NCBI GenBank assembly: GCA_964016885.1
Contig: OZ024748.1
Coordinates: 15,004,001-15,068,000, forward strand
DNA from: Eledone cirrhosa
Lineage: Eukaryota
DNA: 64,000 nucleotides
Direction of reading: 5' to 3'
Made by a program: the position numbers and the translations under genes. The notes below the pieces were generated by a model. It was not told where the DNA came from and made no database searches. It worked only from the letters and a program-made list of their open reading frames with translations. Shown here piece after piece: positions 26,061-38,575 of this stretch; the first letter of the stretch is position 1, and each line of letters begins with the position of its first letter.

Positions 26061-27264
26061 TCCAATGTGAAACAAAATGTATTGTCCAAGGACACAATGT
26101 ACTGCTGGGAATTGAACTCAAACCCTAACAAGAATGAGTCAAACACCCTAACCACTAAACCATGTGGCTTCATAGTTTAATAATGATAAAGAGGGGAAGG
26201 AAGAGATGATGATAGCAGTGAAATGAAAAATGAAGAATGAATACTATAAAAAAAAAGAGAAATGAAAAAGTAAAGAGAAACATGAATAAACAAGGAAAGG
26301 AAAGAAAAGAACAGAGAAAAATTAATGAACAGAAATCGAAGAGGAATACAATGAAAAAAAAAATGCAATGCATCTCTTTCCCCCATTCTCCACCAATACC
26401 CCCCCCCCCCCCAACTCTACCATTTTATCATTCAGGGGCCACCTATACTGTTATTACATGTTGTATGTAGCTCTTAGCTGATCCTTCTAAATGTAACTGC
26501 ACAGCCTTTTGTCTATATTTCAATAAAAGTTGAAGCTATATAAAATTTTTTTTTTTTTAATATATAATAGAAAATAGCATATATATATATATATATAAAG
26601 GCTGACTAATACACAAAATATAATTTTTCTTTAAATTTCCTGACACACCACACATACTCTCTCTCACTCTCACACACACACACGCAGACACACACACACA
26701 CACACACACTATCTCGCTCACCACTTAACATATCCAGGTTTAGGTGAATTGTGATTTAGAGAATACTGGAATGCAGCTTTGACATGTGTAGTAACATGTC
26801 CCTCAATAGTATTCAATGAAATTCAAAAGAAATACTACACAAATGCACACACACACATGCACACACATACACGCACACACATACACAGTATTTCATTTAA
26901 TAAAGGAAAGTTTCAATGAACATTACAATGACCGAAGTCAATGTGTATATGTGTGAGTGTGTGGCTTGTAGGCAGCAACTCTAGAATTGCTGCCTTTATG
27001 CCAGTTCTGGCTGTAACACCATACAATGACAAGGCATTTCAAATAACTCCTTTTGATGTTTCACCACTAATTCAGGCAAAAAATTACTACTTAAGCAACC
27101 ATTGATTATAGCAAGAAATAATTTAAAAAAACAAAAAGGTATGCAAAAAAAACAACACCTCCCAAAACACCACAGGCATCATTCCTTAAGTTATTTCAAA
27201 TTCCGCAGTTCATCACCATCTCCCAACATTTGCTATTGCAAAATAAAATACCACCACTACTACT

Positions 27265-27590
27265 ATGACTACTGCCACCATTACCACATCCACCATCAAC
27301 ACCACCACAACCACCACCACTACAACATTCAATAACACCACCACCACGTCCACTACAACCATATCCAACACTACAACATCCAACACCACAACCACCACCA
27401 CTACAACATTCAATAACACCACCACCACCACGTGCACTACAACCATATCCAACACTACAACATCCAACACCACAACCACCACCACTACAACATTCAATAA
27501 CACCACCACCACCACCACGTCCACTACAACCATATCCAACACTACAACATCCAACACCACAACCACCACCACTACAACATTCATATTCAC
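27265..27590. repeat. Trinucleotide-derived minisatellite, ~3.5 units of 81-87 bp
   Basis: attca anchor at 27327, 27408, 27492 and 27579. Confidence 0.9.
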
Positions 27591-28094
27591 CACCACTCCC
27601 CCTCAGTCTCCTTTCACATCAATCATAATCTGTGCAATATCTAATATTATAGAGTTCAGAATCAAGGTTAATAGAGTTGAGTTTATTCTAGAAGTTATGT
27701 TGTTTGTGGTTTCTAAAAAATCTATAGACTAGACCAGTTTCACAAGGGAGCACAAAATAAAATCACATGAACTTACACTAATTTTTAGGGTAAAAATATG
27801 ATTACGTAAACATTTTTCTTTTGTTTTTATTCATGCAATTTACTTCAGAGAATTTCATCAATGTTTAGCTGCTTTTCAAGTGATATTTTATTAACTAACT
27901 TCCATTGATAATTAGAAAACATCTGAAGAATAATTCTTAATTAAAATTTAACCAGTAATAACCAAACTGGAAGAAATTATTTTTAACCCTGACCTATCTT
28001 CTTTCCGGTAAATATATATTCTCATAAAACGTGTAAATAGAACATCAATGAAAACCGGCATAAACATGAGAATTCCTTCATCTCTCTTCTGAAA

Positions 28095-28430
28095 TACCAT
28101 ATATACTCGTGCATAAGTCACACCTGTAAATAAATCACACCTCACTATTTGAAGTACAACATTTAAAATGTGCTATGTATCTTTAATTGATATTTTGTAG
28201 GTCCAGTAAATAAGTTACACACCACCATTTTATATACATTTACAATGTACCATATATTTTTGAATTAAGATTTTGTAGCTCCAGTAAACAAGTAATACCT
28301 TCATTTTACACACAACATTTACAATGTATCATATATTTTGAATTGATATTTTATAGCTACAGTGGATAAGTCACATCTCCATTTTACATACATTTATACT
28401 GTATCATGTATATTGAATTGAGGCTTTGTA
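28095..28430 (+). repeat. pogo/Tigger-like terminus followed by four ~78-bp tandem units
   Basis: ccatatatactcgtgcataagtcac resembles the TIR at 24730; unit anchors near 28123, 28204, 28282 and 28360. Confidence 0.65.
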
Positions 28431-28480
28431 GATTGTCAACAATATTTTCACCCCTACATATTCACATTATTTTCACTGCC

Positions 28481-28670
28481 AAGGGCGGTGGATTGGCAGT
28501 ATCGGTAGAGGGTCGGACGCCATGCTTTCCAGCATAGTTACGTCCCTTTACCATCTGAGTTCAAATCCCGCCGAGGTTGACTTTGCCTTTCATCCTTACG
28601 GGGTCGATAAAATAAAGTACCAGTAATGCACTGGTAATTGCTGGCCTTGTGCCTAAAGTAGAAACAATTA
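28481..28670 (+). mobile_element. SINE family A, full-length young copy
   Basis: Complete head gggcggtggattggcagtatcggtagag; perfect 14-bp TSD attattttcactgc (28466-28479 and 28667-28680). Confidence 0.95.
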
Positions 28671-30294
28671 TTTTCACTGCTCATCACTAATTTGTGTGTT
28701 GGGCATATTGAATTTGTTTCCGGTTTTTTTTATGTTTAGTCAAGGAAGGGAGAACAATGCCATAACTCCTAAGGGCCTTTGAGACATATGGGAAGGATGG
28801 AGGAAAATAACTGCAGACCAGTGACCAGGTCTGAATGCTTGCAAAAGAGTGGACTGTGCTAAAGAACCCAGAAGCCAGGTGGTGATATTAAATAAGTTGA
28901 TGGATTAAATCTACCTCCCAAGCAGGCTACATCTCCTTAATAACTCCCAGCCAATAAAAAGAGCACATTGGGCAATGTGGCCCTAAATATAATATGCCTG
29001 AATAATATGAAATGAGATGAACATGGGCAGAATTACCTTTGATTGAGGACTTGCCTGAATCAGGGCTGATGTGTTGTGTGAATAAACAATAGCAGTAGAG
29101 AACCTCAACTAATGTAAATCACTTCTATGTTTACCTCATATACTGAAACACACACAGTAGTGTTAAATTTTAAAAGAGAACTCTTCAAATAATAATTAGA
29201 GTTCTATATAAACCAATGTGCAGTATCAATTGTTTTCTCAAACTCCCAAAACATTGATCATTTGCCAAGTATATATAAGCTACTCATATTTATATTTAGG
29301 CCTATATAAAGAAATTCAATTTTAGGCAGAACTTTGAAATGTCAAAGTTCATATTATATATCGTTACTAATTTTCATTGATATAGACTGTATTATTATGT
29401 TTAAAAAAAAATATAGTAATACAAAATATCACATTAAAAGAATCTCATTTGAATAGTAGTTTGGAGAAGAAAAAGAAGGAAGAGAAGATGAGAGGGAGAG
29501 AAGAAAAAGAAGGAAAAGGAGATGAGAGGTAGAGAAGAAAAGAAGAGAGGTAGAATATATCACATCAAGATAGAGTTTCAAATAAACATTAAGTTGAAAA
29601 TATGCCAATTTGCTATGTGATTTCAGGCTCATTACTGTCATACTGATCATCGTCATAATTATAGTGAAATATACAAACTGATAATTTAGTAGCATAGTTT
29701 AGATGCTATCACTGATTAGGTATTATTTCATGGAGATGATACTAGTAAATAAGTAGATTTATATTCAAAACAGTCAAGTTTCTGGGTGAGGTGTACCATA
29801 GCACACATGACAAGACAAGACAACCAAAATAATATCCAAAGCTGATAAAATTACACAGCATAGAATTGTAAAGATGTCACGACTGTAGAAACCAGTGTAG
29901 ATAAGGGTGTAAAGTGTTGGTGGTGGCTCTACAGAAAATCAAGTAACAATGTTAAGACTGCAAAAAAAATGCAGTAGATAAGGGTGCAATTTGTTGTTGG
30001 TGTTGGCAATACAGGCATGGAATTAAGATGTTGAGATTGCTCCAACCATAGTGTTTAATAGTGCAACTTGTTGGTGTTGACTATGCAGATACTAGTGAAT
30101 TGGCAAAGTTGGATAGAATGCTTTGCAGTATCCTTCCTGGTTCTCTGTGCTCCGAGTTCAAATCCAGCCAAGATCAACTTTTTCTTTTATATCCTTTCAA
30201 AGAATAAAAGGAGGACCCTATCTCCATCTCTCTCTTTTTCTTTGTTTCTGGAAAAAAATTGTGTGTTCAGACCTGGAGGCAGATAGGTTCCACC

Positions 30295-30355
<61 letters not shown>

Positions 30356-31203
30356 TGTGTGTGGGTGTGTAACTGCGTTCGGTTTGCTGAGTTTTGGAAG
30401 GTGGATGGTCCACGTCCAGTATGCCAAATTTGGAGGGTCGTGTCGCGGGTTGGTTTAGCAGGAGTAATGAGTGCAGGTGGTTTTTGGTTTAGGGAGTCTG
30501 TTCAGTGTTTTGTGGACAGATTGGAGCAATAAGTCTCATTTGAATGTGTGTATTTATTCTTTTATATATACATATATACACACACACACATATATATGTT
30601 CGTGATTAATTTGTATTGGAACTATTCTCTTTTACTCTTGTAGTAAGAAATACGGTAAAACAATATATACACACATCCCTTTTGAAGACACAATAATGAA
30701 TTCATTGTTATACTTGTCCAATCGACACTGTTATATATATATATATATATATAGATCCATCCATATGCCGCCGCCAACTAACACAATATACAACATGCAA
30801 TTGTCACTGAAAGTTATTACTTCCAAACCACCTGCATCTTTTTATGTAGTTCTAAAAGAGATTTTTGATTCACTATTCAATTAGAAATCAATGATATAAT
30901 CAGATCAGCTGTAAGTAGTTCTGATAAAAGCACATTATTTAAAAATATCTAGGACAAGACTTGCAGGGGGGGGCAAGAAAGAAGAGTTAATGAACATGTT
31001 TAACAAAAAAAAAAAAGAAAAAGAAAACAGAAAATAGGAATGTAATGTTTTGAACCAAATATCTATTTCCAATATGATCCAAGCTATCAAGTGAAATGGT
31101 AATTCAAAGAACTGAGAAGCAATTATTGTTTTGGAATCTCAGAATATCACTGATGTATTGTTTTGTCTAGAAGACAGAAACAATGAGAATCTTGTAAACA
31201 GAG

Positions 31204-31442
31204 TTTATCCCTTTCATAACCAGATTTCTAATATAAATACTCTCCATTTCCATTAATTAATGAATAAGTTTGGGGGATTTACTAAAATTGCTATTTCATT
31301 GCAAAGATAGTAACTTAACATATGGTTATTATATGAAATTACATCAAAAGTGTTTATTTTATATAGGAACCATTTAAAATGGTTGGTTTTGTTTAATAGA
31401 ACCAGAGCTGTTTTTTTGCTGGGTTGGTATCAAAAGTGTTAA
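31204..31442 (+). mobile_element. ~240-bp TTAA-flanked MITE (piggyBac-like ends)
   Basis: Begins ttat-ccctttcataacc and ends ggtatcaaaagtg-ttaa. Related copies at ~4005-4210, 7420, 38018, 44248-45305 and 55817; several begin ttaacccttt. Confidence 0.65.
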
Positions 31443-31571
31443 AGAGACTTACTCTAAAAGCTGTGGATTTTTAGCAAAATAAATATCTTATCTAGCTGGT
31501 TGTTGCTTAGCAACCTTATTATGAATGGATGGATTATTATTATTATTAAATAAATACAAAACAGTACAGAT

Positions 31572-31732
31572 ATAGCTGTGCTGTTAGGATGTTTACTTTT
31601 GCAAACATGTGGTTTCTGGTTCTATCCCACTGCATGGCACTTTGTGCAAGAAGTGTCTTCAACAACAGTTTCAAGCTGAACAATGACTTTTGAATGAAAT
31701 TGGTAGACAGAAACTGTAACAAAGCCCAGCAT
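31572..31732 (+). mobile_element. SINE family C, near full length, followed by (GT)n
   Basis: gctgtg..gttagga...catgtggtttctggttctatcccactgcatggcactttgtgcaa..gtgtcttc...gaaattggtagacagaaactg..aagccc. Confidence 0.8.
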
Positions 31733-31744
31733 GTGTGTGTGTAT

Positions 31745-31795
<51 letters not shown>

Positions 31796-31899
31796 TTCAT
31801 TTCACATTTCACTGTTCTAGTACAGGAGGTGATACTTGTTTATATCCAGCAAAAACATAAATTTCAAGACTTGAGAAAGGGATATAGAGGAGGAATAGA

Positions 31900-32020
31900 C
31901 CACAGTACTAAACTGGTACTTTTTTCATCACCCTCGAAAGGATGAAAGCAAAGTTGACCTCAGCAGGATTTCAACTTAGAGAGATGAAAGCCGTTCTAAC
32001 GACTCTGCCATTTCACCACA
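31900..32020 (-). mobile_element. SINE family A, diverged
   Basis: ctggtactttttt...aaggatgaaagcaaagttgacctcagcaggatttcaac; a similar old copy lies at 33275-33422. Confidence 0.7.
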
Positions 32021-34461
32021 TTTATACACTTATCATAGTCTCTTTAGACTGAACATTTTGAATAAAACCCAATGTCTTTATTCTTTGTAAGCATTATTTG
32101 GGCTTTTTAATCATTTGAAATCATTTTATTATCACAATGCTTTGGAAAACTGCCTTGAAACTCAATTTATATACAAAGTATTTCATTTTATGAATTTTGC
32201 TGAATATATATTTTCTGAGTTCAAAACTAAGAAATACAAGAATGTTCCTGTAGTTCAAAAACAATGTAAGAATTTTATTATCATTTCATATATAATTTTA
32301 GAAAATACAATAATAAAAACTAGAAAAAAAATATATATAATTTTAGGTTCCTATTGCCAAAATAACACAATGACTGATAAGACAAAAACAAAAATAGATT
32401 TAATTTCTTGAAAGAGTTAATATAAACAAATTTCAAAGTTTGAAGATCAAACATCTTCTGTGGTTATACTTGGAAAAAAGAAGATATTTTTAGTTTCCAA
32501 TCAAACGTTGTTGCCTACAGACCATCAGTCCTGGACATAATAATTGACTAAACTCCAAAAGTTAGTGATTCACATATAAGAAATATAATAATTCTTTCAC
32601 ATTCTTTGAGGTTATTTGTGAAATAAATAAAAATATGAAATCATTGAAAATAGAAAACTGCAAAGTATTGTTTTGCAATATTACTTTGCGGCAGTTTATT
32701 GATTTCGAAGATAAATTAATATGTGGTTTGTTTTATTAAGAAATTGTTTTCTTTTGAAATTGAAAAATAATTTTGACTTCTTTAAATACATAACAGCAGC
32801 AATATTAGTAGTACTTGAGTATTAGTGCTAATGAGTTTGTTTAAAAATGATGATGTGTTAGGAAAAGTTAATCATCATCATCAGCATCATCATCATGGGT
32901 TGGATAGGTTGTTAGGGTTCAATTGCCCTCCTAAATGAACCAGGTCATATGTCCATGTCTCACTCATGTCTGATAGGTTCAATTTTTGACATGGTTTCTA
33001 TGACCAGGTCCTATTTTCAACACCAAACACTTTACAAAATGTACAGGTTGAATTGTATTGTGATACCAGCACTAGAGAGGTTATGAAGTCCTGTTTGAAG
33101 GTGTTAATATAATTGCTATGGCATGGTCCTGCAACTCCTGATGGAGTCATAGTGACATATGGCTGTCCTTGGGCATTTTAAACCTGGTGGAACCCATCCC
33201 TCTCCAAGTTTGAGTACAGCAGATTTCTTCCAGAGAATGATAGAAAATGAGATATAGATGAAGAATCAACATCAGTACTAGACTGGTACTTTTTTATCTA
33301 TTGCAAAATGATGAAAGGCATTATTGACTTTGGCAGGATTTGAAGCGAGAAATCAGAGAGCTGCAACAAATACTGCAAAACATTCTATCTGCCATTCTAA
33401 CAGCATTGACAATTCATCACCTTTTTAAATATAAAAAAGAACACTTTAGATTGGGTGGTTTTATTTCATAGACTCATAGCTGGTTTAGATTGAGTTAGTA
33501 CCAAAGCAGTTAATCTCTCTAATATGAGGAAAGAGATTGCCACATTTCATCATCATCATCATCATAAGTAATATCTGCTCAGTTAAATCGCTACCACATC
33601 AGTTGTTACTTTATCTATTAACCCTTCTGTTACTATATTTCTAATGAGAGACACTGCCTATAATAGAAATGGTTTACATTTTTCTGTATTCCTTCTACTT
33701 ATAAAAGAGATTTAAGAGGATATAAAAGGCAGCAATATCTACAGCTTTGGAGAAAGTTCAATAAACTACTCATATATAGATTAAATACAAAATAAGATAT
33801 GATTTATTCAGAAAGACTAAATTCAGCGGGTGTTATTATATACCACTGTTACATAAAATATGATAAATATACTATTATTATTATATAATATATAAAGCAA
33901 TATATACAAAACTTATACTACAAGATAACTCTCACATAAACACACCCAAATCCTATTAATAAAATAGTTTGTTTCCAGGGTAAATCAAACACTTTTTAAG
34001 TAAGTGTGGTTAAGAGTTTTCATATTTTTACTAACAATAATACATCTTATGTTTAGTAAATGCCAAAATTTGGCACAGAAATTCTGACACTTATACCAAA
34101 CATGGAAGAAGTTTTACAGCATCTCATTTATCAATGTTAAATACATGCGTAATAGAATATATCTAAATGTGAAGTGAATGTTGCTTTGTTTTTATATGGT
34201 ACAAGAAAGTTATTAATTCTAAGGTTTATATAATAACATTGTTTTGAGAGCAGAGTTTGAAATATTGGACCAAGGGGACCAATAATTATTTCGAGTTAAT
34301 ATGTTTCTTTCTATAAAATGAAACAGGGGTGGGAGATATATTATTAGTTTAGAATAGTTAGTATTTTATCATCACGATTTTACGAAATTTGTTTTGCTTT
34401 TGGTTTTTTGAGGGGGTAAGTTTTGTTTATTTACTGTTTAGTTAGTATTATTACATAAGTA

Positions 34462-34655
34462 AGGGCAGTGGATTGGCAGTATCGGTAGAGGGTCAGATGC
34501 TATGCTTTGTAGCATAGAATTATAGTCCTTTACATTCTGGGTTCAAATCACGCTGATGTGAACTTTGCATTTCATTCATTCAGGGTCGATAAATAAAGCA
34601 CCAGTAATGCACGGGGGGTAATTGCTGGCCTTGTACCAGAAGTAGAAACAATTAT
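34462..34655 (+). mobile_element. SINE family A, full length
   Basis: Family A consensus; TSD attattacataagtaa (34447-34462) and attattaaataagcaa (34651-34666). Confidence 0.9.
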
Positions 34656-34767
34656 TAAATAAGCAACTAAATGCATTTGTACAGCAACCATGCAACTATA
34701 AAGACATGATACCTAGTGCTACAGACAATATCAAAATGATCACAGACTACAGACATTGTTTATATCT

Positions 34768-35075
34768 CTGAATTGCCAGTATTGCTTGAAATTCAATTGT
34801 TGCCTGTGTTGCCTACATTTCCAGCATTACCTCAGTTGCCATGGTTGCCTAAATTGCTATAATTGTCAACAATGCCTGAGTTGCAAAGGTATTTAGAAGA
34901 GTTTCCAGCATTGCCTAAGTCACAATGGTTGCCTAAATTGCAAGCAATGCCTGCATTGCCAATGTTACTTGGACTGCCTGACTTGAAGCATTTCCTAAGT
35001 TGCCAATGTTACATGGGTTGCCTGAGTAATCAAGGTTTTATACGTAGACAGAGTTGCCAGGATTGCCTAAGTGTT
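34768..35075. repeat. Degenerate 9-bp-period repeat (ttgccN-NNN)
   Basis: Recurrent ttgcct/ttgcca at 9-nt spacing; reads Leu-Pro-X on + and Gly-Asn-X on -, with stops in both. Confidence 0.8.
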
Positions 35076-36489
35076 GCTGAAACTCTCTGATTCTCTATCA
35101 GAGTCTCATATTTCATCTTCGATGTTTCACCCATTACCTGTCCCCACACATTATATAATAACTTCAACAAGAAACTTCAAACATAGTTCAGGTTTTTTTT
35201 TTTTCTTTTCATCCACAGATACGAAAACCAACAAATAAAATGAAATAAAATAAAATAAAATAAAATAATAATCTTTGATTTGCACAAGATCTAAAATTAC
35301 CTGCTTTAAAACTTGTAATTTTTAGCCAAATACTATTAAACTCCATTCTCAACTCTCACACCTCCTGGTAGGTTCGTTCTCTCTCTCTCTCTAATTGCTA
35401 TTTTTTTTCTTTTTGTGTTAATAGAATAGTAAATGCAGCAGACTTTAATATTGCAGGGTTTTTTTTTGTTGGTTATTTTAATTTGTTTTTAATTCTTTTC
35501 TTTATATGTTTTCTTTCTTGTCATTTTGTTTGTTTTGTTTGATTGGTTGTAATAAAATTTGGTAACATCAGCAACAAATCATATTTTCTACATTGAGTGA
35601 ACTGAACGTTTTTTATTTCTTTTTCTGTTCTTTTTCTTTTCTTTCCTTTTTCCTTTTTTGTGCTGCCGAGAGTAAGTAGTTTGGAAATATATTGATATAA
35701 TAATCACAATTATGAAATATATATGTTAGAAATGTGAAAGACTGAGAGAAAGAGAGTGAGAGAGAGAAACAGAGAAATAAAGAGGGGATTAGAAAGAGGG
35801 GGAGGGATAAAGAGGGGAAGGGAGAAAGAGGAGAGGGAGAGGGGAGAGTGGGGAGAGAAGGAACACACAAAAAATAAAATAAAATAATATAAATTATTTC
35901 TAAAAATATGTTTGTCTGTCTGCGAAGGTTCTATAAATCGCAGCTCATAAAAGGATTTTGAAAAAATAAAATAAAATAAAATGAAAAATAAAAAAAAAGG
36001 GGAAATGTGTTATTTTATTGATGTGGGTGTGTCCATGAGCATGTGTGTGTGTATGAGCATGTGTGTGTGTCTGTATGCCAATTATTAATCTATATTTCCA
36101 TGTTAGAAAAAAAATTACAAATGATGAGGAGGAGGAAGAGGGGGACGGACATATGAAGTATATTTTAAGACATAATATCGGGGAATATTAGCTGATTCAT
36201 CATCATCATCATCATCACCACCATCAACATCATTACCGTCAACATCACTACTTCCATCCATCACTAACATCATCATCACTACCATCAGCACCACTACCAT
36301 CACCACCAACATTATCATCACCACCACCACCACCATTATTATCATCATCACCACCACCATCATCATCATCATCATTATCATTAATATTACCACTTTCACC
36401 ACTGGTTATATTTTTGTAAATTACTTCATACCTTGTATATAGTAATTCATATGGATGATGATCGTTGAGGGAAGGAGTACATACCAGGA

Positions 36490-36645
36490 ATTCTAAGTAG
36501 AAGAAAGCCAAGGAAGACATGAGCAGAGGTGTCAAAAGCTGATCTCATGATGCTGAACCTCACGAAGGATGTGATCAACAAAAGAGACAACTGGAAAAGT
36601 GCTGTACTGGAGAGGACTTGACTAACCCATGCAAGAACAAAACAA
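36490..36645 (+). mobile_element. RTE LINE 3'-end remnant
   Basis: Translation RRKPRKT*AEVSKADLMMLNLTKDVINKRDNWKSAV, then gactaacccatgcaag terminus. Confidence 0.65.
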
Positions 36646-36647
36646 TG

Positions 36648-36958
36648 TATATATATATATATACATATATATATATTGTTTGTTCAAACAATATATATAT
36701 ATACATATATAAATTAATAAAATAATGAATAAACAAAGAAACAGTTCCTTATATTAAAAAAATTCATAATTTTACGATCGTTTCTAGGATATATATGTGT
36801 TAGAGTTGGTATGCATATTCTATTCTATTTTGAATGCATCTTCTCTTTTCATGATATCCGGATTACATTGAGTTCTTCATACGGATTGGACACTACCGTA
36901 AACTTTTGGTAGATTTATCTACATATATACATATATATATATATTGTTTGTTCAAACA

Positions 36959-36995
<37 letters not shown>

Positions 36996-37106
36996 TTGTT
37001 TGTTCAAACAATATATATATTGTTTGTTCAAACAATATATATATACATATATATATTGTTTGTTCAAACAATATATATATATATACATACATATATTGTT
37101 TGTTCA

Positions 37107-37163
<57 letters not shown>
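36648..37163. repeat. (TA)n array punctuated by six copies of the hairpin ttgtttg-tt-caaacaa
   Basis: Copies near 36676, 36944, 36996, 37020, 37056 and 37096; interrupted by a ~200-bp insert. Confidence 0.9.
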
Positions 37164-37165
<2 letters not shown>

Positions 37166-37640
37166 ACAATGTAAAAATGTTGATAATGCAAATATATACA
37201 TGATGTATATATACATTCTTGAAGAATGTTAGCACGATGTTAGCATGGACTATATAACCCATGAATTAAGCAAGACATGTGGGTCAGATATTTAACAGTC
37301 TGATTAACTCATCAACTTCTGAAGCATTTCATTAACACAAGCTGAGAGAGAGAGAGAGAGAGAAAGAGAGTGTGTGTGTATGTGTGTGACTATAAGCAGA
37401 TGATGTGTGTATCTTGAAAATAAAGGAATGTTGTAAGAGTATTGTTATCACCATAGAAGTGAGTACACATACTGTATATAATCATATATGTCACAGTTTC
37501 CCACTAAAATACCTTTAAAGAACAAGTAAGCAACTCATCTACTGAACCTATAAAACCTCAATTCAAAATATGAGGTAGTGTAAATATAATTAAAATAGAG
37601 GTATGGCTTTTCTACTGGACTTACAAAACTACAATTCAAA

Positions 37641-37854
37641 TAGTCTGTTCACTTTTTACACGATGTGTTCATGAATGAGGCAAGTAAAACAAATTGGCAT
37701 GATTCAAGTCTTATTTCCTGATAAATAAAAAAAATTAAAAACCACACACATTACAGTGCATTATTCACAAAAAGTGAATTCTTAGTAATATTTTTCCAAA
37801 AGGCATTAAAGCGAATTCACGTACTTCAAGTTCGCGTAAAAAGTGAACAGACTG
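37641..37854. mobile_element. Tc1/mariner-superfamily MITE
   Basis: 23-bp TIRs tagtctgttcactttttacacga / tcgcgtaaaaagtgaacagactg (2 mismatches); right flank is TA. Confidence 0.8.
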
Positions 37855-38017
37855 TATATGGTGCATTGTATATACAAGTAAAATGGTGGTTCAATTTATC
37901 TACCAACATACCTTATACACAAGTATACATGATAGTTTATGTTATAGAGTATAGTATGCATAGCTTATAGTATGTATAGAAAGGATAAATATATAAATAA
38001 CTAAACAAATACCGACT

Positions 38018-38244
38018 TTAACCATTCTCAAGTGTAACCATTTCATTACCATATTCCAAATGAAATAAACTGTTTATGGAAGATTTAAATATTATACTTC
38101 ATTTTCTCATTGTTGAATTGAACTTTGGAAAATAACTTGAAATTACTATGGAAGGGTTTTAAAGAAATCTAAATTTTTCAAACAAACAGCTTAGTATCAA
38201 AGATCCAGGACTGTTTTCAGACAGTTTCAAATCATAAAGGTTAA
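38018..38244 (+). mobile_element. TTAA-flanked MITE family copy (diverged)
   Basis: ttaaccatt...ttcattaccatattcc...aaaggttaa; internal similarity to 31204-31442. Confidence 0.55.
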
Positions 38245-38497
38245 TGGATGTGATGAAAAGGTTAGTAGAGATATTCACATAAGCGTGTAAATATATTCTA
38301 AAAGGATGTCAAAACTGCCTGAATACCAAAACTAATTTTCAAAATTGGTGCATTATATCATGTATACATTATATCATTATATACATAGTCCAGTTAAATA
38401 TCTGAAAACTTACATATTTACTTTATAATAAAACCAACGATTATATTTGTGTGGTGACTAATTATATATATATATATATATATAAACAATACAATAT

Positions 38498-38575
38498 AAT
38501 TACCTCATTACCAGAGGTTTCCCGAATAAGACGAATACAAGAAACGTCCTCATTCGTTCGTCAGACAAGGCAATT
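38498..38575 (-). ncRNA. Type I hammerhead ribozyme, minimal stem III, GUA cleavage triplet
   Basis: Minus RNA aauugccuugu-CUGACGA-acgaaugaggacg..cgucuuauucgg-GAAA-CC-ucu-GG-UA-augagguaauu. Conserved core, 11-bp stem I (with G-U pairs), long stem II, 3-bp stem III. Predicted cut between 38509 and 38508. Confidence 0.8.

Noticed and set aside
27948-28145. 65-aa minus ORF / possible exon
   Set aside because: No recognisable protein; overlaps a transposon terminus; weak splice signals.
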